Below, piece after piece: positions 20,826 to 30,469 of a DNA stretch of 64,000 nucleotides. The DNA comes from a virus, in the IMG/VR virus record IMGVR_UViG_3300010354_000061, positions 14,848-78,847 of that record; one strand, given 5' to 3'. Position numbers and translations under genes: made by a program. Below the pieces are notes generated by a model. That model had not been told where the DNA came from, made no database searches, and saw only the letters and a program-made list of their open reading frames with translations. The stretch's first letter is position 1, and every line of letters starts with the position of its first letter.

Positions 20826-21531
20826 CATTTATCAACCAGCAAACACTGCTACAACGACAATCAGGCAAAAAAGTGGAATTGCTGAGATCTACAAGCCTGC
20901 CAATACAGCTACAACAACAATCAGGCCTAAAGAACTTGGAATTGCCGAGATTTACCAAGAAAATCTCAAGTCGACAATTAAACAAGGCCAGATGCCTAAA
21001 AAGACAACAACAGCAAGAATCTGGTTACGTGATATTGCAGAATCTGAAGCTAAGGTCAGCGCACTTCAGGGTCAGATACAATCAAAAACAAAAAGATCTA
21101 TAGTTGTTGGCAACATGTACATGTTTAACTATAGTCCCAAAACAGCAGCAACGCTTCCTTACTACGATCAGTTTCCAGTAATATTTCCCTTTGAAAAAAC
21201 TGATAACGGATTCTATGGAGTGAACCTTCATTACCTTCCCCACACATACAGGGCAAGATTAATGGACATGCTGTACACATTTGTTAATAATGACAAATAT
21301 GACGAAACAACGAAGTTGCAGGGAATGTCGTATAACACATTGAGGAGTATGAGTACTTTCTTCAAGCCATGTGTCAAGCGCTACCTAAATAAACAGGTTA
21401 CTTCGAGATTTATACAGGTTCACCCAAAACATTGGGAGTTGGCGTTGTTTCTTCCACTTGAGCAATTTGCTAAAGAGAGTAGAGAGAAAGTACATCAGGA
21501 CTCAGTCAGACTAATAGAGAGAAGTAAATGA
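20818..21531 (+). CDS. DNA end protector gp2
   Basis: GNMYMF.Y.PK....LPYYD.FP, GFYGVNLHYL, PCVKRYL, W..ALFLP.EQF. Confidence 0.9.
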   Translation: MANIYQPANTATTTIRQKSGIAEIYKPANTATTTIRPKELGIAEIYQENLKSTIKQGQMPKKTTTARIWLRDIAESEAKVSALQGQIQSKTKRSIVVGNMYMFNYSPKTAATLPYYDQFPVIFPFEKTDNGFYGVNLHYLPHTYRARLMDMLYTFVNNDKYDETTKLQGMSYNTLRSMSTFFKPCVKRYLNKQVTSRFIQVHPKHWELALFLPLEQFAKESREKVHQDSVRLIERSK

Positions 21532-22418
21532 GCATATTAAGTAAAAACAAGCTTAGTTTACCAACAGCAATTGGTTTAGGCACAACAGTTTTAGGTGCTG
21601 CAGGAAATTTGCTCGGTCAGTTGTTGGGTACGGGAACTAGGGGGGCACAGACTGAGCAAAACAGGGCTACCACAAGTATTAGAACATACGGTGTTCTCCG
21701 TGATAATCTTTTCGCCACAAGCATTTCTCTTCCAAATTATCTAACAGCCGCTCAAAGATCAGTAAAGGGGGTTGTTGTAAGTGATGACCTGATGCTTTAC
21801 GCTCAGGCTGTAAATTTGCCTGGTGTAAACATAGCAACAGGGGAGACACGTCGTTATGGGTTTGGTCCAGGAATTCGATATGCAAGAGATGTGTCGTTTA
21901 ATGATGTTGCTGTAACGTTTATTGGAGATGGGGCCGGAGCTATATTGAAAATTTTTACGGATTGGATGAACGGAATTGTTAAGTTTGATGAATACCTTTC
22001 TCCTTCAAATTCTTTAAGCGATCCTCCTTTCTTTTTTCGCTACAAGAAAGATTATGTCGCCAAAAAGTTTTTTATAACTGTGTTTAACGAATCGAGAGAT
22101 GAGGTTGCTGTTTATTACCTTGAAGACGCTTTTCCAACATCAATAAGCGATATTAACCTCAACTGGGGAAGCACAAACCAGCTAGCAAGCTTCACAGTTA
22201 ATTTTACATATACAAGATGGACTCATAGATCTGCAGTAGAAGATATAACTGAAAAATTACAAGTTCCTGGTCAGGGAGATGCAAGCATATTAAGTATGCT
22301 ATTCCAAGCTGGAACAGCAGCCACGATGCTTACCTCTTTAAGAAGACCACGAAGTGTTGGAGATGTAATTAATGCAACGAGCACAGCAGCATTTATTCTT
22401 GGACGATTTGGAAGATAA
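21528..22418 (+). CDS. Tail tube/baseplate tube initiator (gp19/gp54-like)
   Basis: VNLPG, F.DWM..I, Y.L.DAFP.SI....L.W, FTVNF.Y..W. Confidence 0.75.
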   Translation: MSILSKNKLSLPTAIGLGTTVLGAAGNLLGQLLGTGTRGAQTEQNRATTSIRTYGVLRDNLFATSISLPNYLTAAQRSVKGVVVSDDLMLYAQAVNLPGVNIATGETRRYGFGPGIRYARDVSFNDVAVTFIGDGAGAILKIFTDWMNGIVKFDEYLSPSNSLSDPPFFFRYKKDYVAKKFFITVFNESRDEVAVYYLEDAFPTSISDINLNWGSTNQLASFTVNFTYTRWTHRSAVEDITEKLQVPGQGDASILSMLFQAGTAATMLTSLRRPRSVGDVINATSTAAFILGRFGR

Positions 22419-22430
22419 TGGAGAAATATT

Positions 22431-23138
22431 ATGCCTTTACCGAAAATTGAGCACCCTATTCATCAATTGACTTTGCCATCTACTGGAAAGCAGATTAATT
22501 TTAGGCCGTTTCTTGTCAAAGAAGAAAAAATTCTTTTGATGGCCAAGCAGGGCGGTGATGAAAAAGAAATTGTCAAAGCTCTCAAACAAATTATTAACAA
22601 CTGCATACTCGATCAAGACGTCGATGTTGATACATTTGCTACATTTGACGTCGAATATTTCTTTCTTAAGTTAAGAAGCAAATCTGTCAATAATATTGTT
22701 TCATTATCCTATAAAGATTATGAGGATGAAAAAGTTTATACGGTCGATGTTGATCTTGATACCGTAGAGGTGATTAAAAATCCAGAGCACACGAACAAGA
22801 TTAAAATTAATACATCTGTTGGTGTTGTAATGAAATACCCTTCGATGGAGATTTTTAATAAACTTTCTTCAACTAACGAAGAAGAAGTTGCTTTTGATAT
22901 TATTAAAAAATGCATTGAGACTGTTTACGATGAGGAAAATGTGTATTCTGCTAAAGATTTTTCAGAGGCTGAGATTGACGAGTTTGTGCAGAACCTCGAT
23001 GTGGCATCATTGGAAAAAATTCTTGATTTTTTTAAAACGATGCCAAAATTGTACTATGAGGTAAAGTACACCAACTCACTTAATAACGAGCGTACAGTAC
23101 CTCTGGACACATTAACAGATTTTTTTACGTTGGGCTAA
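22431..23138 (+). CDS. Baseplate hub assembly protein gp26
   Basis: MPLPKI..P...LTLPSTGK.I.FRPFLVKEEKILL, FDVEY.FL.LR.KSV, FF.TMPKL, ends DFFTLG. Confidence 0.92.
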   Translation: MPLPKIEHPIHQLTLPSTGKQINFRPFLVKEEKILLMAKQGGDEKEIVKALKQIINNCILDQDVDVDTFATFDVEYFFLKLRSKSVNNIVSLSYKDYEDEKVYTVDVDLDTVEVIKNPEHTNKIKINTSVGVVMKYPSMEIFNKLSSTNEEEVAFDIIKKCIETVYDEENVYSAKDFSEAEIDEFVQNLDVASLEKILDFFKTMPKLYYEVKYTNSLNNERTVPLDTLTDFFTLG

Positions 23139-23305
23139 ACTATAACTCAATCTCCAACTATTATTATGTTAACTTTAGTTTAGCTCAGCATCACAAGTAT
23201 TCAATAACGGAGATTGAAAATCTTATACCATTTGAGCGAGACCTTTATGTAGAAATGTTACGCGACTATCTTGATAAAGAAGAAGAAAGGTTAAGAGCCA
23301 GATAG
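23120..23305 (+). CDS. gp51-like hub assembly catalyst; no start codon, probably reached by -1 frameshift from gp26
   Basis: -1 frame reads YVGLNYNSISNYYYVNFSLAQHHKYSITEIENLIPFERDLYVEMLRDYLDKEEERLRAR*, the gp51 motif of T4-like phages. Confidence 0.8.
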   Translation, partial: FFYVGLNYNSISNYYYVNFSLAQHHKYSITEIENLIPFERDLYVEMLRDYLDKEEERLRAR

Positions 23306-25317
23306 TGGACGAAAAACAGCCAAAAGTCATGGATGCATTGAAGAAAAACGTTTTTAAAAACGTCGTGAGTTACTTGCGAGCTCAAGCTCCAGCCATCTTC
23401 AACAAAAAACAAGATAATAAACAACAAGCTCAGATTAAAAGGAACACAGACGCTCTTGTTGAAGTAAGAAAAGAAATTGTAAAGCTTCGAACAGCATTAC
23501 GAAAAAACCAACAACTAATTCAATCCCTTCAAAGAAACATTCAAGTTGGAGTTTCTCAAAGCCAACCAGCCCAAACCTTCACTCCATCAGCTATCCAACA
23601 AACTGTTGGACGTGTTGGTGTGCTTGGCGGCCGCTATTTGTTTGATAGAGCTACACGACAATATACTACTCCCCAAGGAAGACCTGTAGCCACAGCTGCA
23701 ATAAAAGAAAGTGTTGCTGGAGCTTCACCTCAAAGCGGACTTTCAGGTCTTGGTTTGGGAGCAGCTGCCCTTGCAACATCTGGTCTTGGAATGTTTTTAA
23801 GAGGCAAATACCGCACAAAAGCAATTGGTGCTGGTGCTAGAATGATGAAAGATCTCGGTGTTCCAAAGTTTGCAAGAAGAGCTGTAATGCAAGGAGCTGG
23901 GCGAATGGCTCTTGGTGCAGGTGTAAGACTGCTAGCAAACCCCTACACTCTGGGTCTCACGGCAATTGCTGGAATATTGTTACCAAGGGATGTCAAGAAT
24001 ATTATTGGAGGCGTTCTTGAAGGATTTTTGAAAGGTGTTGGTTTAGATAAAGATTTGGTCGATACAGTAATGTCTGTGTATGATAAGCTGGTCGATTTGA
24101 GTGAACGATTTAAAGAGGTTGTTGTTGACATTGCCAAACGGTTGTACGCGATTGTCCAAACATTTTTGACGCCTGAAGGTAGAGAAAGAGTTCAGCAAGC
24201 TCTTCGAGGCGTGCGAGGAACGGAAGGAATAGTTCCTGGTTCCAGCAGTGGAGCGGAGATGGGAGGTATACCCGGCAACCCACCGTCCCCCGATAGGTAT
24301 CAACCATCGCCTGCAACAACACAGCAACCATCTGAGCAACGAGCTGCTTACGACACAGCTAAAAAACAATTAACAGAATCAAAAAAGACGCTCGACGATA
24401 AAATTAAAACATATCAAAGAATTGTTAGTGAAAACAATTTTCCTAAAACAGCAACAAATGAGCAAAAAGAAGAATTCAAGCAGAGTATAGGCAAACTGAT
24501 TGAATTACAAGATAACATTGATAAACAATTAAAGCAACCAGCATCTTCTCAAGTTAATTATAAGGCGGAAGCGGAAAAGCTTAATAACCTTTCAAATGCA
24601 GTTAGAAATGAAACTGATAAAACAAGAATATTATATAACAAGATGGAGAAGAGTGGAGAACCTGTTTCTCAGTCGCCTGCACAAATACCTCCGGAACCTC
24701 AAACTAGTAGAGGTCCAGAAACACAGGCACCAACTCAACCACCACCGGCTGGTAGTGTTCCGGAAATCCAAACGCCTGTTCAACAACCATTAGCAGGTGG
24801 GGTTCCAGTAGTTCCTGAAACTGAAGGTTCAACTCAACCCTCGTCTGCTGACGGAGCTCCTGTAACCAAACCTAGCATTTCCTCAACACTTAGCAATGAA
24901 CAACCCAAAGAACCACCCTCAGTGTCCGGAGAAGAGACAGGAACTGAGCCTGTTATTCCAGTTGATAAACTTACAGTTACAGGACAAAATTTTTATCCCG
25001 ATTTTAAAGGACCAATTTCTCCAGCAATGACAAGGAGATTGCGCGAACAAGAACCCCGAGCATATCAAGAATATCAACAATATCAGCAAGAACCGATGGA
25101 GCCAGCCGTATCAACCGGCAAAGAATTGATTGAGCGTAGCCAAAATTTAGCACAGATGCGTTACAGTCCACGTACCCAGAACGTCGATAATAATTATATT
25201 GACAATTCCCGAAAAATTACCCCTGATGTTAGTGAAGAAGCAATACGTCATATACCCTCTCCCGTAGCTTCGAGAGCTGATCTTGATGTTGATACAATTT
25301 TTAATGCAATAGCATAG
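23305..25317 (+). CDS. Tape-measure-like or ejected virion protein
   Basis: Follows gp26/gp51; coiled-coil, Gly/Ala hydrophobic segments and Pro/Gln-rich C-terminus. Confidence 0.5.
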   Translation: MDEKQPKVMDALKKNVFKNVVSYLRAQAPAIFNKKQDNKQQAQIKRNTDALVEVRKEIVKLRTALRKNQQLIQSLQRNIQVGVSQSQPAQTFTPSAIQQTVGRVGVLGGRYLFDRATRQYTTPQGRPVATAAIKESVAGASPQSGLSGLGLGAAALATSGLGMFLRGKYRTKAIGAGARMMKDLGVPKFARRAVMQGAGRMALGAGVRLLANPYTLGLTAIAGILLPRDVKNIIGGVLEGFLKGVGLDKDLVDTVMSVYDKLVDLSERFKEVVVDIAKRLYAIVQTFLTPEGRERVQQALRGVRGTEGIVPGSSSGAEMGGIPGNPPSPDRYQPSPATTQQPSEQRAAYDTAKKQLTESKKTLDDKIKTYQRIVSENNFPKTATNEQKEEFKQSIGKLIELQDNIDKQLKQPASSQVNYKAEAEKLNNLSNAVRNETDKTRILYNKMEKSGEPVSQSPAQIPPEPQTSRGPETQAPTQPPPAGSVPEIQTPVQQPLAGGVPVVPETEGSTQPSSADGAPVTKPSISSTLSNEQPKEPPSVSGEETGTEPVIPVDKLTVTGQNFYPDFKGPISPAMTRRLREQEPRAYQEYQQYQQEPMEPAVSTGKELIERSQNLAQMRYSPRTQNVDNNYIDNSRKITPDVSEEAIRHIPSPVASRADLDVDTIFNAIA

Positions 25318-25319
25318 CA

Positions 25320-27236
25320 ATGTCTCTCGAACAGTTAAATCGACAATCAATGATCTTAAGAGACATAACGAGCGAGTTACGTCGCGCGGGATCGTTTGTT
25401 GCTGTAACGAACAATCAAATAGGAAAGAGAGCGACACGAGGTGTTGGAAAGCCTTCTTCTTTTTCTAATGTAAGAAAAGCGATGTCTGCTGTTGCGAAAA
25501 GATTGGTTGCTCAACCTGCAAAACAATTACAAAAAGGCATGACTGCAAGAGCACGATTAGCTTCTCCGTTATCTCCCGAATATCAGATGGGAGGTACGGA
25601 ACAACCGGCCAGTCAACAGCAACAACAACCAAGTCCGCAAGATATTTTAAAGTCTGCATCTTTATTAGCTGGTGCAGTTGCATTATCTAAAACAGATTTT
25701 AGCTCCTTAGTTTCAGGAATGCTATCAAGAATTATTACAAAAGATATTGCTGATAAAATTGAAGAGAGAGCTGAGAGTATATCAAATGATTTGGATGGAG
25801 CGAAAGAAGATGTTGGTATTTTAGAAAAAATACTAGGTATTGCAAAACCTAAAGAAACAGAACCACCTAAAGAACCACCCACGCCTACACCTAAAGAACA
25901 ACCACCCACGCCTACACCTAAAGAACAACCACCTACGCCTACACCTAAAGAGCCACTCAAAGAGCCACCTGAGCCGCCCAAAGAACCTCTACCCAAAGAG
26001 CCGCCAACTAAACCACCTAAAGAACAACCATCTAAAAAGCCGGCTAAGCCTGTCACTGAAGTTGCTCCGCCTACCATTGAACCACCTCCAAAAACTCAAG
26101 AACCACCCAAGCTGGAAGAACCTCCAAAAATTGAGCCTATTCCATCTAAACCTATAACCCAAGTTGCTCCGCCTACCATTGAACCACCTCCAAAAACTCA
26201 AGAACCACCCAAGCTGGAAGAACCTCCAAAAATTGAACTTCCTCCGCCTAAACCTATAACCCAAGTTAATCCACCTACAATTGAACCACCTCCAAAAACT
26301 CAAGAACCACCCAAGCTGGAGGAGCCCCCAAAAATTGAACCTGTTCCACCAAAAAAACCCGCAGAGCAAGCAAAGCCTGTGGGCAAACCTCCTTTTGTAC
26401 AAAAGCCATCATCAGCTGCAGTCCCTGAAGCTTCGGTTGCCGTAAATTTTATCAAAGCAAAGGAAAGATTTAGCGGCAAAGCATATTGGGACGTAAAGGG
26501 TTACAGTGTTGGCTATGGACATTTCATACAACCAAAAGAGGCTGAGCAAAAATTTATTGATCTTGGCGGTGGTGAAAAAGTTGTGGTGGTGGGGGACAAA
26601 GGTAAAGATACTACAATAACTAGAGAACAAGCTGACAAACTGTTTGCTAAAGATTTAAAATACTTTGAAAAGGGGGTAGCTAGTTCTTTAGGAGAGTCGT
26701 GGGACAAACTTAACGAAAATCAAAAAGCAGCATTAGTTTCTTATGCTTATAATACTGGTATGGGGGGATTTAGAGACAGCCTCATTAAAAAAGGATTGAA
26801 AGACGCTATTAATGCTGGAGATACGGAAAAGGCTGCAAAGCTAATAGAAACTGGTATTGCAACAACACAGCGTGGATATTCCCAAGGTCTAGCTGCACGT
26901 AGAAAAGAAGAAGCGGATTTGTTTAGGAAAAAAACAGTTGTTTCGTCACTTGATCAAGATAAGGCCCCACAAACTCCTGATGGTGAGAGGCAAGAACCTC
27001 CACAAGTGGCAGATACTTCTCCTTCTGCAACAAGGCAAGCGGCACTTGAACCACCAGCTGAGCAAGGCCGTTCTCTCGACTCTCGCTCAGCCTTGGTTGC
27101 CTATGAACAACAGAAACAAAGTGAGGAAGCACCTCCCGTGATTAACGTTGTCGATAACAGCACAATCGTCAATCAACGCAGGCAGGCGCCCCCTCAGACA
27201 AGCAGTCCTAGTACAATATACTCTTCGCTTACCTAA
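25320..27236 (+). CDS. Tail-associated protein with Pro-rich repeats and GH24 lysozyme domain
   Basis: FIKAKE.F...AYWD..GYSVGYGH, IT.EQAD.L, LNENQ.AALVS.AYNTG, GL..RR.EEA.LF. Confidence 0.8.
   Translation: MSLEQLNRQSMILRDITSELRRAGSFVAVTNNQIGKRATRGVGKPSSFSNVRKAMSAVAKRLVAQPAKQLQKGMTARARLASPLSPEYQMGGTEQPASQQQQQPSPQDILKSASLLAGAVALSKTDFSSLVSGMLSRIITKDIADKIEERAESISNDLDGAKEDVGILEKILGIAKPKETEPPKEPPTPTPKEQPPTPTPKEQPPTPTPKEPLKEPPEPPKEPLPKEPPTKPPKEQPSKKPAKPVTEVAPPTIEPPPKTQEPPKLEEPPKIEPIPSKPITQVAPPTIEPPPKTQEPPKLEEPPKIELPPPKPITQVNPPTIEPPPKTQEPPKLEEPPKIEPVPPKKPAEQAKPVGKPPFVQKPSSAAVPEASVAVNFIKAKERFSGKAYWDVKGYSVGYGHFIQPKEAEQKFIDLGGGEKVVVVGDKGKDTTITREQADKLFAKDLKYFEKGVASSLGESWDKLNENQKAALVSYAYNTGMGGFRDSLIKKGLKDAINAGDTEKAAKLIETGIATTQRGYSQGLAARRKEEADLFRKKTVVSSLDQDKAPQTPDGERQEPPQVADTSPSATRQAALEPPAEQGRSLDSRSALVAYEQQKQSEEAPPVINVVDNSTIVNQRRQAPPQTSSPSTIYSSLT
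25860..26345 (+). repeat. In-frame tandem repeats: 27-nt (PKEQPPTPT) units, then three 102-nt units
   Basis: 102-nt units start at 26061, 26163 and 26265 and encode V(A/N)PPTIEPPPKTQEPPKLEEPPKIE. Confidence 0.9.
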
Positions 27237-28142
27237 TTACTCCTCTTCAGCAAGCTTCTTAAAGAAATCCATGTTGTCTTCATCTTCATCAAACGCCTGA
27301 CTGAGTTCCTTTGCAGGTTTTGTTGGACGTGAAGGAGCAGACATTGTTTCTTCCTCAAGATCGGCAGCACGGCTGGTAGGCTTGGGTGCCGATCCATCAA
27401 GACAAAGAACCTTGTGAAGCTTTGCTTTGAGTTCGTCGTAGGACTTGAAATTCTTTGCATCAACAAACTCACCAAGCTTGTGCTGCTTGTTCCACAGATC
27501 TTCAAGCTCCTTATCGTTTTCCGAAATCGGGGCAGGAGAATCAAACTCTGACTTGTCGTAGTTACGATATCCCTCAACATTACGAATCTTGATCTTGAAA
27601 TTAGCACCCTCCCACATATCAAACGGGTTGAGCGGCTTCTCATCTTCGAACTCAGGATTCATTGCAGCATTGAGCTTATCAAAGATCTTCTTACCGAACT
27701 TAAAAAGAAACACCTTACCTTCGTTAGCAGGATTAGCAGGATCCTTAACAACAAGGATGTTTGAAAAGAAATTCAAACGACGCTTCTGCTTACGAACTTG
27801 CTGCTTGTTGGATTCGATACCAGAATTCCATAACTGGGAATTGTACTCAGAAACGGGATCCTTCTGACCAAGAGTAGTCAAAGACTTCTCGATGTACCAT
27901 CCACCAGGACCCTGGAATCCATGATCCCACACACGGACGAACGGAACGTCTTCACCGGACGGTGCAGGCAAGAAACGAATGACAGCATAGCCGTTACCAG
28001 ACTTGTCGACTTCTGGATACCAGAAACGATTGTCTTCTTGCTGACCCTGTTGCTGTTTGGAATCGAGTTTGGAGACTTCTGAGACGAGCTTATCGAAATT
28101 CGACTGACGAGACTTCTTGAGCTGAGCAAAACTTGTAGACAT
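27237..28142 (-). CDS. Single-stranded DNA-binding protein gp32
   Basis: DNRFW.P.VDKSGNGYAVIRFLP, HGFQGPGGWYIE.SLTT, EGKVFLFKFGKKIFDK, NYDKSEF, acidic tail. Confidence 0.96.
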   Translation of the reverse strand: MSTSFAQLKKSRQSNFDKLVSEVSKLDSKQQQGQQEDNRFWYPEVDKSGNGYAVIRFLPAPSGEDVPFVRVWDHGFQGPGGWYIEKSLTTLGQKDPVSEYNSQLWNSGIESNKQQVRKQKRRLNFFSNILVVKDPANPANEGKVFLFKFGKKIFDKLNAAMNPEFEDEKPLNPFDMWEGANFKIKIRNVEGYRNYDKSEFDSPAPISENDKELEDLWNKQHKLGEFVDAKNFKSYDELKAKLHKVLCLDGSAPKPTSRAADLEEETMSAPSRPTKPAKELSQAFDEDEDNMDFFKKLAEEE

Positions 28143-28227
28143 ATAATTACCTCGTATAAAAGTATGTTAGTATAACTTCTTATCCACTTAACCATAACAA
28201 CACAACTACTTTACAACAAAAAGATAT

Positions 28228-28578
28228 TTACTTCAACTTCTTTTTTGGATTTCTGTTTATTTTTTCCGCCTTAATTGTTCTATACATGAACATTGCGGCT
28301 ATGAATGCAATAAATGCATTCAGAAGAGTTTCACCTACAAATCCAAATCTAAAATATGAAAATGGAAACTCATCACCAAAATATAACCCGAGAACAATTG
28401 TAAACCACGTAAATAAACTTGCAAGACCAGCCCACCATAAAGGAGTGACATGCCATCTTGGCATGTTTTTGTTATGAAATATTAAGTAAAAAGCCCCAGA
28501 AAACGTAACAAGATGAGCAACAAAATTGACTGGCTGAGCAAAAAAGTTTAAGAAGCTTACGAGATCAGGAGCGGTCAT
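28228..28578 (-). CDS. Membrane protein (~3 TM), possible holin or lysis accessory
   Basis: Three hydrophobic segments and basic C-tail. Confidence 0.5.
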   Translation of the reverse strand: MTAPDLVSFLNFFAQPVNFVAHLVTFSGAFYLIFHNKNMPRWHVTPLWWAGLASLFTWFTIVLGLYFGDEFPFSYFRFGFVGETLLNAFIAFIAAMFMYRTIKAEKINRNPKKKLK

Positions 28579-28943
28579 TTTCTTCTCCCCCTTCTTACCT
28601 TAGTGGGTCTGTTGGGCGTTGTTCCTCTTACTTTATTTGCAAGATCAACAATGTCGTCGTCCCTGTTCTTGGCAAAGAAATTAGCCACTGCTCCCAAAAT
28701 AGAATATGCAACAAAACCAACAGTGCCACCAGCCATCAACTGCATTTCCCAGTTTGTTGGAAGAGAAAATGTTACGAGAAGAGGAGTTGCAAAGATGATT
28801 GCAGCACCTGTTGAAATGCCACCTCTTGCAAATGCTTCACCAATTGTTCTTGGCTTAACAAATGACATCATACTCATACCACCAAACAACCCACCAATTG
28901 CAGACGCTATTTTTGCTGTGACGTAAGTACTGGGATCTCCCAT
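28575..28943 (-). CDS. Holin-like membrane protein
   Basis: Gly-rich TM segments, basic C-terminus; CATAAATA late-type promoter at 28975-28982. Confidence 0.55.
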   Translation of the reverse strand: MGDPSTYVTAKIASAIGGLFGGMSMMSFVKPRTIGEAFARGGISTGAAIIFATPLLVTFSLPTNWEMQLMAGGTVGFVAYSILGAVANFFAKNRDDDIVDLANKVRGTTPNRPTKVRRGRRK

Positions 28944-28966
28944 TGCCTCGCCCTTTATTATTGTTA

Positions 28967-29569
28967 TTATTTGTTATTTATGAAGCGGTCAATAGTGAGT
29001 TGGCGACACTTTTCATTGTTAAATCGCACGAATGGCTTATATTTATCAATTTTACTTCTCACCTCTGGCCAAACAACACGATCATCAATATTTTTGCTCC
29101 AGTATTTAATGAATGGTGTAATACTGTCAAGTATAATAACTGTTTCAATACACACATCTTTTTGAAGATATAGTCTCAACAAAGTCGGATGTTGGCCGTC
29201 AATAACTTCGAAATTCTTGTTGTAGTTATCATCAAGCTTTGTAAGCTCATTTTGGTATTGGTAAGAGAGAGATTCTTGACGCTTGAGCCACTTCGCATAC
29301 GTATTGTGTACCTTCATGTTTTCCATGAGATCACCAATCCACTGAGAAGGACCCAAGTCTACAAAGCTTGCAACAAGATATTGCTCTAGATTTTTTTGCT
29401 TGGAAAGCTTATAGAAAAAATACTTGTCTTTCCTGGTTTCAAAAGTAGCTGGCGTTACCTTTACGTGACCCTGATACTTAAAATAGTCGTATTTTGGGTT
29501 TGTAAAATGACTCTTTAACGCCAGATACTTTTTATATGCTTCAAAAGCTTCAGCCATTTCAGGCGACAT
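28967..29569 (-). CDS. Helicase loader gp59
   Basis: AYKKYLALK.HF....YDYFKY.G, F..RKDKYFF.KL, HP.LL..YL...V..ET. Confidence 0.9.
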   Translation of the reverse strand: MSPEMAEAFEAYKKYLALKSHFTNPKYDYFKYQGHVKVTPATFETRKDKYFFYKLSKQKNLEQYLVASFVDLGPSQWIGDLMENMKVHNTYAKWLKRQESLSYQYQNELTKLDDNYNKNFEVIDGQHPTLLRLYLQKDVCIETVIILDSITPFIKYWSKNIDDRVVWPEVRSKIDKYKPFVRFNNEKCRQLTIDRFINNK

Positions 29570-30191
29570 TGAGGTTACGGAAGATTAACCCTTGTTGACG
29601 AATATAACGCTGAGCCATCGTGGAAGCCTTACGCATTTCATTTGTTTCGTTAATTAACAGTTCAAACCCACTTGCTTCCATAGCACCAATCCAATATTCA
29701 GGAGGCATGCAGTTTACGTGGTGATGGCCACCTTGACCTGGAAATGCGTGTGTCATTGTGACAATCTTACACGTCTTAAATGTCTCAAAGAAGTTTTGCA
29801 TGTACTTCTTTTCCACATGCTCAACAAACTCAACACACCACGCTAAATCGCGAACAGGATTACACTTGAACGGTCCCACAGTATAGTCATGAATAATCGT
29901 CACTTTGTTTACTGTATCTTCACGAGGACACAAATGATCACCATCAACTCCAATCACGTCGATGCCACGCTGGATGAATTGCTTAACAACACCTCCAGGG
30001 CCACACCCAATATCAATAACAGACTTGATATTAAATGTTTTAATTAGGTAATCAATTGCTCCATCGTCAGTGTGAGTTTCAAAACCATGTCCTCCTAAAT
30101 GGTCAGCAAGACCTGGTGTGGAATGGTCGGACGGTGGAACAAAATTGTATTCAACTGGGGCCTTCTCGGGGCCAGCGGCACGTTCTGTCAT
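29559..30191 (-). CDS. Class I SAM-dependent methyltransferase
   Basis: SVIDIGCGPG, GVDGD, DLAWCVEFVEHV, PGQGGHHHVN. Confidence 0.85.
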   Translation of the reverse strand: MTERAAGPEKAPVEYNFVPPSDHSTPGLADHLGGHGFETHTDDGAIDYLIKTFNIKSVIDIGCGPGGVVKQFIQRGIDVIGVDGDHLCPREDTVNKVTIIHDYTVGPFKCNPVRDLAWCVEFVEHVEKKYMQNFFETFKTCKIVTMTHAFPGQGGHHHVNCMPPEYWIGAMEASGFELLINETNEMRKASTMAQRYIRQQGLIFRNLNVA

Positions 30192-30469
30192 AATGGTAAC
30201 TTCCCTGTTTTTGGTAAATAATGAAGATCCTCAGCTTCTTCTTGAATTAATGCTTTCAGCTTAGGATTGTTTTTAATTAATGTTCCTGCAACCTCAACTT
30301 CTAAACCAGTTATTTCACAATAGTATACGACTGCCTCAATATAAGTCAACCGCTTATCTACAACCACCTTTTCAATTTCTGTTAAGATATTTTTGGAGGT
30401 GTGTATCTGAGCAATCTCTTTTTCTTGCTCAGGTGTGACGTGATAGTCATCAAACAAAACTGTAATCAT
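30188..30469 (-). CDS. Late transcription coactivator gp33 (start reassigned to 30469)
   Basis: IEK.V....LTYIEAVV.YCE..GLEVE....LI...LK..I..EAEDLHYL; ATGA overlap with upstream gene. Confidence 0.85.
   Translation of the reverse strand: MITVLFDDYHVTPEQEKEIAQIHTSKNILTEIEKVVVDKRLTYIEAVVYYCEITGLEVEVAGTLIKNNPKLKALIQEEAEDLHYLPKTGKLPL

Noticed and set aside
25860-26345. Tandem repeats as a CRISPR array
   Set aside because: In-frame coding repeats without unique spacers; the Cas4-like gene at 50.7 kb is a usual T4-like exonuclease
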